DNA of 64,000 nt from Lingula anatina (taxonomy: Eukaryota > Animalia > Brachiopoda), in contig CM120640.1 of assembly GCA_051362555.1 (NCBI GenBank), positions 65,946,788 to 66,010,787 on the forward strand. Direction: 5' to 3'. The notes under the pieces were generated by a model, which saw only the letters and a list, made by a program, of their open reading frames with translations, did not search any database and was not told the DNA's origin. The position numbers and the translations under genes are program-made. How positions within the stretch are numbered: the stretch's first letter is position 1; each line of letters begins with the position of its first letter. Below are positions 13,801 through 24,556 of the stretch, piece by piece.

Positions 13801-16800
13801 AAAATTTAAGCCAGTTTTGAAATCATACTAGAGTTTCATCTAACAAATTCCAAACAGTCGATTATATAATTATCTGATCTAACACGTGAAAAGTGTAAAC
13901 ATTTTAGCTCGAATCTCAAATTTACAGGTCATTTACAAGTTATGAATGACGTGACATTTAGTACTAGGCTTGGCTCTTCACGTACACGCGATGTAGAAGA
14001 CGGCGTACTGCTTCTCAACGTGATTTATTTGTAACAACATGGCATATAATAAAAAGGAAGTCTCCAAAAAGTGTACTGAAAATGGCAAATCTGTTTATGC
14101 AAATGACGGCTAAGAGTATGACAAATCCTCCAATATGAAAGATTATACTATCAAAGTTATGATTTATATTTCAATTATTTCCCCCAACAAGATCTATACG
14201 TATACCGCTTCTTACACGAAGATGCCATTAAACTCCAATCATGTAAATTTCATGTCTGATTAATGTTACTAATAAGCTGGGCGGTAGCTCCGAGAAGACG
14301 ATGAACAAAATTATCGCATTACACTCAGAAATTTATCTCTCGCGTTGGGAAATGATAAGACCAGCGATACCTCTTGCCGACTTAACTAAGGATTAATGAT
14401 AGCGGCTAAGATATTATAGATTTCAAACGTAACGTTAGTGGAATAAAGCGTTTTTAAAACAAGGCTTCTTTCTAAACAACAGCGACAAATTTACATTCAT
14501 AATGAACAACTGGAGTGAGGCAGTGATAATAGAAAAATGGCCAAATACCAGAAATCCCTTTTCAAAAAAGTAACTGTGCTGCATCTTCCTCAGATTTTCG
14601 TTTACAAATTATTACTCTTGCTACTTAGGTTAATTTCAAAGCACTAGAAAGTGGGATAATTTGTAAATCTGTTTAACTGATAATCAGTGTATTATAACTA
14701 TAATTTATCTCTTAAAAATTTTACCAACTCAGTCTGGTGTCAAAGTGTGAATAAAGAACATCCTAATATCAAAATCAGACTAATAAATTTCCCCAAATTT
14801 TCTTCTTTTCATATCGTGAAAGAAGTGTCTGAACCATCATAGCCATTACTCATAATCGTTCACACCTGCTCCTTTCAATTCTATAAATGCGCCAAAAGTT
14901 CATAATTTTAGTCCAATTTACTGTAGGTGTGAAAAAAGCAATAAATGCTGCCATTGGATTTCCACTATAAGAAGAAAATAAATAATAAAGTCCATAGTTA
15001 CACAACATGTGGGAATAACAATACGTTGTGGCAAATGGAAAACTACGGTTGCATGCAAGCCTCTTTTTTCAGAGATTCTTGTATTAGTAGTTAAACATAC
15101 ATAGCGTACAAAACGCTGTTACTTTCTCCCGGTTTAATCAAAAGAAACTGATAAATGCCCTTTGAAAACCAAAGCTTTTGACGCTGAATATACAGTTGTT
15201 CAACAACTGGCACGAGTATTACATCCAGTAAACATATTGCAGTACAGCATTCTATATGAATTACAAATTCATAAATTCTGTTGTTATCAATTAATGGCGT
15301 CGAGTGCTGCTTCGATGAAAAATTCATTTTTGAAGAGCACGTTTCATCCTTTGTTGAAACATTGATCAGTTTGAAATTCTGGCTCATCTGAGCATAAAAT
15401 CGCATGTTTGTTGGCCTGCTCTGTCAATAGCAGTGACATGATTAACACTAGCATTCCAGAGGAAGTCCCGTACAAAAGAAACTGAAAGTTCAATATTATT
15501 ATACCAACAATGAATTTAAACCCATCTCTAGGGATATGTGCTTTTCAAATTCGGTTCATGTTACGCACCGAGAAGTAGTCTTCTCATGTTTTTCAAGCCA
15601 CATACCAGACATAAAGATGCTATTAAACCCACCAGCTGAGGTTTAAAACAGTTTATCGCTTGACATTTCAATTTTGGATTATTTTTATTGTAGTGTGAGA
15701 AAGATTCTTGAAGTGTGATCCATAGTTAGGGATACAAAGCCCTGAAAGCCCTTTACATCTCAGGCATGGTATCAATTCCTTATCATATCATATTCCATTA
15801 TTTGTAATAAATTCTGAAATTTGCTTTGAAATGAAAAGCTTCTGATATGAAAGAGTTTGAAAATAGCATATCTGCTTGGTGTGTCAGTTCAGCCGGGTCT
15901 GTGAACAAGGGAGCTGGGTGTTTTCATTTTGATTTAATAGAAGACCTTATCCTTAGCAAAACATTTGGTTAATTTCACATAAGCCGTCAAATTTTTCCTG
16001 TGAGTGTTGTTTTTAGAAGAAAAACACAGCCTTGTTTTTAATAATAATACAATTTAAGTTCTGCAATAATAGTTTGGTCAATTGAGTCATTTTAGAAAAT
16101 AAAAGAAAGCAGCTTTCTCCTGGGAGAGAAGGACAGTACTAGGGCAATTAGTAAACCGTACCAATGTTGACCCAGCTCGTTGGTGAATGAAAACTGTTAT
16201 TTCACACTCCTCTGTCTGAGAAGAAAATTAATTGCTGTGAATATAGATGCACTTTCAGCATGATATGCCTCACACATATTAAAGCCAATCAAACCCAGAG
16301 AATGGCCACAGCCAGTTCTCTTACCATATATGGGTTTAATTAAAGCTCGGTTAATAATACCAAGTTTCCTGTTCGTCAAGACAAAGGTTAATTATCTCTA
16401 AGCACATCCACAGGTAATCCAGGCTTTCCTTTCAGTTGCACTCAAAGCCCCAGTGCCCTTGTAAATCCTTGGCTTAAGATATATACCTGAGGCTTCTAAA
16501 TTTAAGTGTAAATAATTCAACTACCTGGGTAGTTTGGACGGGGTGTTTTCAGTTGGAGCCATTTATCACTCACACCATCGCCCAATTTGGACATGGTGTA
16601 AAGTTCAGAAATACATACCTCAGAAATAAACTTTGCGTTATTCAAAATATGGACAAATTCATCACTGGTTCTTTTTTGCCTTTCTACTAAGAAATACAGG
16701 CTCACCTGTGCAAACAAAACGTGTAATTAAGAACAAGAAAGAAAGCAACTTTGTATTTGCTGGGAAGTGTGCTGCGGGTGATTTTTAGTAAGCGCAACCT

Positions 16801-19800
16801 CTTTTAAACCAAGCATCTAAGCAAACTTTGTGTAACATACTTCTCTAAAAAAAATTAAATCAAAAACAAATGAATTGTTCAGTACTGTATTTCAAACGAC
16901 TGGTATTACACTAACAGCGCTGTCTCATTTACACCATATGAACTAAACGAAGTATGTACTGCTTTAGTACTTCACAAAAAATTAATAAATAATACATAAG
17001 GAAGGTAGACATAATTTGTTATTTGTTAACTAAAATGTTGACACTGAACAACAACAACAATAATATCTTAACAAAACACCCTTTGGTTGGAGTTTCTGTG
17101 CACAATGCGATTGCAATAATCATAATAATAATCCGTACCAGGACCACCGATTGTCTAGCTCCAGATCAAGTGATTGTTTCAAGGCTTGCTGCCTTTTTCA
17201 TTTAGCATTGCACATTATATTTTACAAAGGTCCATGGGATCAACTAGATGGCAAGAATGGTCACTGGACCAGAAAATTACCTGAAGTATCATCAGACCAG
17301 AACTGATGTAAAATACAGTATAATTGAAATAAAAAACAATATGTTCTTTCAATACATATAAAAGGGATTCTACTGGAAATGTAATTGCCTGATACCCTCA
17401 CAGATTGCCTGTTACAAATAAATACTAGTCTAGGACAAAGTCTGGTAAATAATATTTATCATGAACATAATAATAATAATCATTACAAATACCTTATGAT
17501 AAGCCGCTCTGTCAGATACATACTAAAAATAATGGATTTCTGTCAGATAATACTTTAGTCAGTCCAATATTAAAAAAGATATACCTGTAATTTAAAGCTA
17601 CACAATTCCAACAGTTACTCAAGTACCAGTAATAGATTGAATTCTTTGGGTCCTTTTGAAATAATGGTGGGGTTGGTACTAAAGTAATGCAGTAGGAATG
17701 CAAGGGGTAAGGCTCCGTGGTTTCTTTCTTTCTTTCCACCTTTAATTTTTAAATATCTCAGTATTGACAAATCAATCAAGAGTTTTCTCATTGCACTTAG
17801 TGTCTTATTACAAAATAATATCATCATAATTTTGCATGAGTAAACTCATGCTTTTGTCAAATATCAAATTATCATCAAACTGAGCAAATAATTTTTCTAA
17901 ACTTCTGCAAAATAGATCTAGTTTATAAATTATACTATTATCTAGGGGGTGAATTTTGGGATTAGTACAACAATGTCCCCTTATTTCTTACATGACGTAA
18001 AAAAGAAAAACTTTAAATTGGATGAAAAAAACACACCCAAATTTGAGCAGGCATCTCCAATTACAATCCAGCTGCAAATGCCGCTCTGCTGTTCTCTTTT
18101 TACACATACAAAAATGATCACCTTTTTACAGGTGTAAGTGTACTTAAGGAAAAAGGTCAGGAGGGATTAATACAGACATGAACTATTACTTCACGAACTA
18201 AACATCTGTTACAAAACTTCCCAGCCTCAAAAATTTGATAAAAGAAGCCCATTTAAAGACGTTCATTTTCTAATAAGATGTGTACATGGCCCACTGCCTT
18301 CCTTGATCAGCACGTTATACACTTGACGAAAGTATAAAAAGTCTCAGATTGGATCACTACATAGTTATATGTACCTTAGATCAATCCATCTGGTTCATAT
18401 TTTTACCTGTCCACACCTGTACTCGATAAATTTAATACAACAACCCCTCTAGGATTGGAATTACTTGCTATTTGCATGAAGAATTGAGATCTGTTCTGCT
18501 TGAGAACATCTTTACTGATACTTTAGTTGCACTTCAGGGTATTGAAGAGCTTTGAAATGTAACCCCTCTGACCCCTGTGGCCTATGTCATATACACCTAC
18601 CACAGGCAATCTCAGGTGTGAAACCATCAGCAGAAGGAATGGGCCATGATATCTCTCAATGGGCCAGGCAACTGAATAATTAAAAGGAGAGAACAGTTTC
18701 CGGAATGGCCATGGAATTGAAGTATTTTTAAACCAGAATTTGAGCTCTACTGCTCACAGACAGTTGAGCTTAAATGGTCAATTTTCTCCAAATTTGGTCA
18801 GATTTTGGGTCAGTCTGTTTGAACTTGGGGCAATGAACTGCGTATGCATGGAATCACATATCTGCCCCTAGAGGTATCAGAGATAGAAATGTTGTGAGCA
18901 ATCCCAATATATATATATTAGTACAAGACACATATAATCATATTTTCATAACCATCAAGAAGACAATCTTTAACTGACTTGAGCAACTTAGCTGGAATTT
19001 TTTTCTAAAGGGGTTTTTCCCCAAAAAAAGCAAGTCTCTGGTCTAGTGAAATATGTTCAAATTTAGATTACACATAATTTCAGCCTTTCTATGAAAGAAG
19101 AAAAATGTGTTTTAGACTGTAAGTGGTGAATACTGATATGGGGCTTAGGAATATCTATAAATCAGATCCTATGTAACTTTGTTACTTAGTCATCACATTG
19201 GACTTGGTTTTAAAAAAAATCCTAACAGAGAAAAAGAATATCTTGCAGAAAGCTCTGCAACAGCAAACAATGTTACAAATAAATAGCTTACTTTTACTGT
19301 ACAATACCATCTAACCAAAAAACACGTCACAACAATTCACAAATATAATCTGTAATTTTACAATCTGAAAGTTTCAACTCAATTTTCAGTCTATCATTAC
19401 CTATCTAAACTTGTGACCCTTTCAGCTGAATCAGACGTTTTCTGCCTCAAGAGACTTTTCAGTTAAATTAAAGAGAATAAATATGATAAATTCTACAGTT
19501 CATGAAGCAGAAAATTCTGGTCACAGCCTTGAGATAGCAAATACCTTCTCCATCAACGGCACAAATATCACAATAAGGTAGAGATACAAAAAGGTTGGGT
19601 AGAATCACCCCTGTTATGCAATGTTTATATATATATGTTAATGATTGCCAATGTGAACAAGTAGTGTCTAAATTTAATAAATAAAGAAACAGGATTGTGT
19701 ACACCTGGGTTGGGTTATTTTGGTTATTGTGCCCATTACATCAGATATAAACTTGAGATTCCATAAAATTTGATTGTACATACTATCAAGAGATTTATTA

Positions 19801-20419
19801 CACATAGGACCTGTGCCTTATCTGTCTGGACTATGTTCCACATTCATTTCCTACTGTATCTGAACAAAAAAACATACTCATAAATATTGCACAATAGTGT
19901 ATAATCAACATGTAAAACATTCAGAGCTGGGACTTTCCAACATAGCTGTTGACAATTACAACTCATCTAACCTGCTACATATGAACTACATGCTATCTTA
20001 TGGGGAAAAAGCCTTACACCTACTGGCAAAAATAGAAACAATCCACACAAATGACTTATCATTCCTGGTTCACTACAATGAGTTGAATATGTATGAAATA
20101 TCAGATATAAAATTATACATTTTCAATCTTTAAGTTTTTGTAGCAGGTAAATAACACACAACAATTTTCAAGAACATGCAAACTTGCTCTGCAATCTTTC
20201 ACATAGTAAAGATTTAGCTACAAACAAATAATCCAACTGCAAAAACCCTTAATCAGCAGCAAGCTACAGTATTTCCACTTCAAATGTAAAGCTACTTATT
20301 TGTTAATCAAACTTACAACAACTTCTTACATAACTCCACCAAGAATAACCTCATCATCCAATGGCGACATCTACCTGTTGGTTCGTTTTCAAGGTGAAGG
20401 TAGTCATCATGGATGCCAT

Positions 20420-23400
20420 CTACTGTTCAGTTGGTTTTAAGTTAAAGGTTACAGTCAGTGGTTCTGTGATTCTGCTATTGACAGGCAGGTATACTGTTGA
20501 GGGGACAAACTGCTTGAGATCATTCTCATCCACCTGGGTCATCGTAAAGGATTGCATTACAAGGTTAGCGGCAAGGTCGCATGGAGCACCAAATGCTATA
20601 GGCTCATCGTTTGGGAAGTCAACCTCCATCTTTTCTTCTGACTTCCCTTCATCATCTCCAGAGATATGGTTTTCTTTGTTCAGGATCTGTAGCTTGGAGC
20701 TGCCAGGGAGTTTGTGTTTCATCAATCTGTGGGCAAAGAGATTGCTCTGAAACTTGGTTTTATATTCACAAAGGCTGCAGGAGAAGATCTTCATCTTAGG
20801 CAGAGGTCTCTCCAAAGCACTGCCACCATTGTGACTTTGACGCCCATGGGCAGAGCGAATGTGGGCAAAGCACATCAGCTTGCTGGGAAAGCAATCCTTG
20901 CAATGGGCACAACGGAACTTCTTAGCTTTGCCACCAACATGGTTTACTGTAGGGCTGCTGGCATTGCTGTGAGCTTTATCTGGGTCTGCAACACCATTCT
21001 GGTGGTACTGCTCAAGGTGCCGAATCAAGGAGTGCTCATAGCGAAAACTTCTCAGGCACTCATTGCAGTTGTACTTCTTCATATCCTTGCTGCTCTTGTG
21101 TTTTCTTTCCTCATGGGAGTAAATATTGGACAACCAACGGGTCTTGTATTCACAATGCGAGCAGCTGTACAGTTTATGCTTCATGTTCTTGCTGTACTTT
21201 CTTTTAAGGCTAAGACCAATGGCTGATGCAAGATTGCTGCTCACTGTCGGTCTGAACTGCTTGGTTAGATTAACTGGCTCAGCAGCTGGTTGGTCTGTGG
21301 CTTTCATTGGGGTGTCCGAAGCTTGTGAGCTGAGAGAATTTTCATGCTCTCTGGTCATATGCAATTCCAGACTGGCCTTGTCAGCACACACTTCACCGCA
21401 TAAATGGCAGAACTGGCGTCCCTGAGCTGCACTTTGACCATTTATGAACTGAGATTCCACCTGACTTGCTTGCATGCCATGGTCACTAACCAAGTGACTT
21501 GTAAGCCATTTTGCACTCTTGAATCTACGATCACACAGGCGACAGACCTCTTTGAAATGGCTGAAGTAGCTATCATCTGCCTTTGGAGTCCCTTGTGGTT
21601 GCTGATGTGGTGTGGGTACAGACAAGGGCAAATTGGAGGTTGGCTGCCTTAGAGCCCCTGAATTAGACACTGGGGACCCAGACCCACGGTTGCTGAGGTT
21701 TAACTGGTTGCTGAAGGTTGGCATTGTAACCTCTGACTTAGGAGTACTAAAATCTACACCAAATGATTCAGAAGTGGACTTTGGTGTTGAACTTGCACTT
21801 GATGGAGAATCTTCATAGATGCCATGTTTGTTCAGCTTGTGTGTTCGCAAGAAATACTTGTTGCACAATTCCTTGTTACATAGGTCACACATCACCCTTG
21901 GATTGACACTGGAGGGAGATTCCTTCCACCGCCAAGAGATCTGCTCTGGTATTTCATTGCCCTCAGACTTAATTTTAAAAGGGGAAACATGAACTGGTTT
22001 CAAAGCCAATGAGCTTATTGGAGACTTCTTTGTGGTTTCTGGTGGCTTCTGGACTCGGATCCCATGGATGTTTAACTTATGAGTGCGTAGAAAATACTTG
22101 CTGCAGAATTCCTTCTTGCAGATTTCACAATAGGCTTCTGGGTCAATTCCCATTTTGATAAGCTCTTCTGTTGTGTGACTAGGCCCCTGCTGCTGCTCTT
22201 CCTGCTTCTGTTGTGCTTCTTGCAATTGCTGTTGGACTTCTTGTATTTGTTTCTGCTGTGCAAGTTGTATCTGGTGTGCCTGCTCAATCTGCTTTGCCTT
22301 CTGAAGCTGCTGTGCTTCTTGAACATGGCGTGCCTCTTGTAGCTGTCTTGCCTGGTGTATCTGCTGTGCCTGCTGCGAGGCTTGCAAGTTATTCTGTTGA
22401 GAAGGAGATGGCAAAGCAGATGGCAAAAGCTGAGGTGGTTTCTGTTCAACTTTCTGTACTAGGGACGCCTGTTTACCATCAGAGGAGAAACTGTCATTGC
22501 TGTCTGTCTTGCTCTGTTCTGGAGGTTCAATGCCATGGATTTTCATGCGGTGTAATTTCAAAAAATATTTATTACATACCTCTTTGTTGCACAACTCACA
22601 CATGACTCTATCTGCCATCTTGGACATGACCATGTTACTGAACATAGTATTCATTCCGGGGCCTGACTGGTTGGATTCACTCTTAGGGGTTGACTTCCCA
22701 CTCGTGGAATCAGCAGGAACTGGTGTGTTCTTCCCTGAATTCTGGGCTGCAGTCTGGTGGAAAGCTAGCTCTTCATTCCTGAACTGCATGGGCAATGGTT
22801 GAGAGTGGGGGATCAGCAAAGGAACTCCTTCTGGAGTCATGATGACCTGAGGTGGTGGGATGCCATCCATTTCCTGTTTAATGGGCATGAATTGGAATCC
22901 TGGTGGCAAGGGTGTCATGGGCATAGGTGGCAAAGGGAATGGCAAGCCTGGGCCTCCTGAGGACCGTCTCACATCATCCTGGATACCATGTTTGTTTGCC
23001 TTGTGAATCTTCAAAAAGTATTTGTTACAGAATTCCTTTCTGCAGATTTCACAATAAGCATCAGCATTGAGGACCCCCATGCTTCTCAATGCATCATTGG
23101 GGACTGGGGCTGGTAGTGAAGAGGAAGTTGCCATAGTTGTGGTTGTATTTGGTTGCTGCTGCTGCTGCTGCTGTTGCTGCTGCTGGGTGTTGGGTGCCAA
23201 TGCTGACTGCTGCTGACTGGTAGGAGGGTTCAATACTGCTAGAGATGTAGGCTGAGAGATGGGTTGCAGGAGAGGCTGGGTAGGTATAAGACCCATAGGA
23301 GGAAGAAATGGACTGATGAACATCACATTTCCCATGCTGGTTGGTGGCATCATCATAGGTCCCAGCTGACCTATACCGCTGGTTGCTGGGTTGCTCTCAT

Positions 23401-24556
23401 TAGGAAGGTTAATCAGATTGTTGATGCTGACAGTCTTTTGGTTTTCTGGCTTTATTCCATGGACATCCAGTTTATGTTTCTTGAGGTAGTATTTGTTGCA
23501 GAAATGCTTCTGACAAATTTCACAATAATCTTCTAAGTCTACTTGCACTTTGGTAGGTCTTTGTGGTGTTGCATTGGAGCTGCTTTCTTGGGCTGTTGGT
23601 TGATTCTGATTTGGTTGTGGAGATTTGGTCTCCTGTTCCTCCATGGTTGAGGTTGCTGCAGAGGATACAACATTGGTTTGCTCTAGCATGGTGGCAGGTG
23701 GCATTGTTCCAGGAAACACTGGGAAACTCTGGCCGGTAGGGGGATACCCAGGAGGACTGCCCTCAAATATACCATGCTTGTTAGCTTTGTGGGTTTTCAG
23801 GAAATATTTGTTACAAAACTCTCGGTCACACAGACCACAGTAAGCTTCTGGGTGGAAGATACGGTTTCCACTTCTGGCAACCTCTCCTTCCTCTGGTTGA
23901 GAAGATGTGGACATGTCTAAAGGTTGGGCATCATCTTGGCCATTCACCTGCGAGCTGGCTTCTATTACTTGGCTATCTGGTTCAACACCCTGTTCTGCTG
24001 GCTCTGCTTCACTGGGAGTGGCCATTCCCATGCCCTGTTGTAACTCATTTCCAAGACGATGGTATGCAGTTGGGAAATTTTCAGTACTTTGGTGGGCAGC
24101 ATGAACATGAGATTCTAGGTCGTCTTCAGTAGTAAATGTCTCTGAGCAGTGATCACAGCCCAGAAGTTCAACTTCCATTGCTGTGTCATCCTTCCCATCA
24201 TCCTTGGGAAGGTCACATGACTGAGGTAATACAGCAGTAGCTTCTTGCTCAGTGCCCTCAATTTCTATTTGAGAGACACGAATGGGTTTTGACTGTTTGC
24301 GCCGACTGGACTTCATTTTATTGTCAGTTGTCATCTCAGTGTTGTGTGTTTGACAGTTTTCATCAATTAATAGATTCACTGAGGTCAATTTGTTGAAATT
24401 GCACAAACTGCTGGGGTTCAAGTCTTTCAGCTTTGATAAAAAAGTAGTTTCTTCATAAGCTGAAGAGTCCTTCAAGTTCTGCAGTTTTTCTACTAAAGTT
24501 CTCTCCTCAAAAGAGTATTCATCTCTCTGATGGAAGATATTAGGATGTCTAGGCAT
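20420..24556 (-). CDS. 1378-aa multi-C2H2 zinc-finger protein, probable transcriptional repressor; single coding exon
   Basis: Uninterrupted 4.1-kb ORF with 13 CX2CX12HX4H fingers; six share C-x2-C-x4-C[NS]KY[FY]L-x2-H-x4-HG. Also RRKQSKP, PLDMS and PVNLT motifs and Q/P-rich linkers. Acceptor catttcag| at 24651-24652 and an in-frame upstream TAA fix the first possible ATG at 24556. Confidence 0.96.
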   Translation of the reverse strand: MPRHPNIFHQRDEYSFEERTLVEKLQNLKDSSAYEETTFLSKLKDLNPSSLCNFNKLTSVNLLIDENCQTHNTEMTTDNKMKSSRRKQSKPIRVSQIEIEGTEQEATAVLPQSCDLPKDDGKDDTAMEVELLGCDHCSETFTTEDDLESHVHAAHQSTENFPTAYHRLGNELQQGMGMATPSEAEPAEQGVEPDSQVIEASSQVNGQDDAQPLDMSTSSQPEEGEVARSGNRIFHPEAYCGLCDREFCNKYFLKTHKANKHGIFEGSPPGYPPTGQSFPVFPGTMPPATMLEQTNVVSSAATSTMEEQETKSPQPNQNQPTAQESSSNATPQRPTKVQVDLEDYCEICQKHFCNKYYLKKHKLDVHGIKPENQKTVSINNLINLPNESNPATSGIGQLGPMMMPPTSMGNVMFISPFLPPMGLIPTQPLLQPISQPTSLAVLNPPTSQQQSALAPNTQQQQQQQQQQQPNTTTTMATSSSLPAPVPNDALRSMGVLNADAYCEICRKEFCNKYFLKIHKANKHGIQDDVRRSSGGPGLPFPLPPMPMTPLPPGFQFMPIKQEMDGIPPPQVIMTPEGVPLLIPHSQPLPMQFRNEELAFHQTAAQNSGKNTPVPADSTSGKSTPKSESNQSGPGMNTMFSNMVMSKMADRVMCELCNKEVCNKYFLKLHRMKIHGIEPPEQSKTDSNDSFSSDGKQASLVQKVEQKPPQLLPSALPSPSQQNNLQASQQAQQIHQARQLQEARHVQEAQQLQKAKQIEQAHQIQLAQQKQIQEVQQQLQEAQQKQEEQQQGPSHTTEELIKMGIDPEAYCEICKKEFCSKYFLRTHKLNIHGIRVQKPPETTKKSPISSLALKPVHVSPFKIKSEGNEIPEQISWRWKESPSSVNPRVMCDLCNKELCNKYFLRTHKLNKHGIYEDSPSSASSTPKSTSESFGVDFSTPKSEVTMPTFSNQLNLSNRGSGSPVSNSGALRQPTSNLPLSVPTPHQQPQGTPKADDSYFSHFKEVCRLCDRRFKSAKWLTSHLVSDHGMQASQVESQFINGQSAAQGRQFCHLCGEVCADKASLELHMTREHENSLSSQASDTPMKATDQPAAEPVNLTKQFRPTVSSNLASAIGLSLKRKYSKNMKHKLYSCSHCEYKTRWLSNIYSHEERKHKSSKDMKKYNCNECLRSFRYEHSLIRHLEQYHQNGVADPDKAHSNASSPTVNHVGGKAKKFRCAHCKDCFPSKLMCFAHIRSAHGRQSHNGGSALERPLPKMKIFSCSLCEYKTKFQSNLFAHRLMKHKLPGSSKLQILNKENHISGDDEGKSEEKMEVDFPNDEPIAFGAPCDLAANLVMQSFTMTQVDENDLKQFVPSTVYLPVNSRITEPLTVTFNLKPTEQ
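23153..23185 (-). repeat. CAG/CAA polyglutamine tract in the zinc-finger CDS
   Basis: Encodes QQQQQQQQQQQ. Confidence 0.9.

Noticed and set aside
20361-24132. Many + strand and alternative-frame ORFs
   Set aside because: Shadows of the GC-richer zinc-finger CDS; no recognisable domains.
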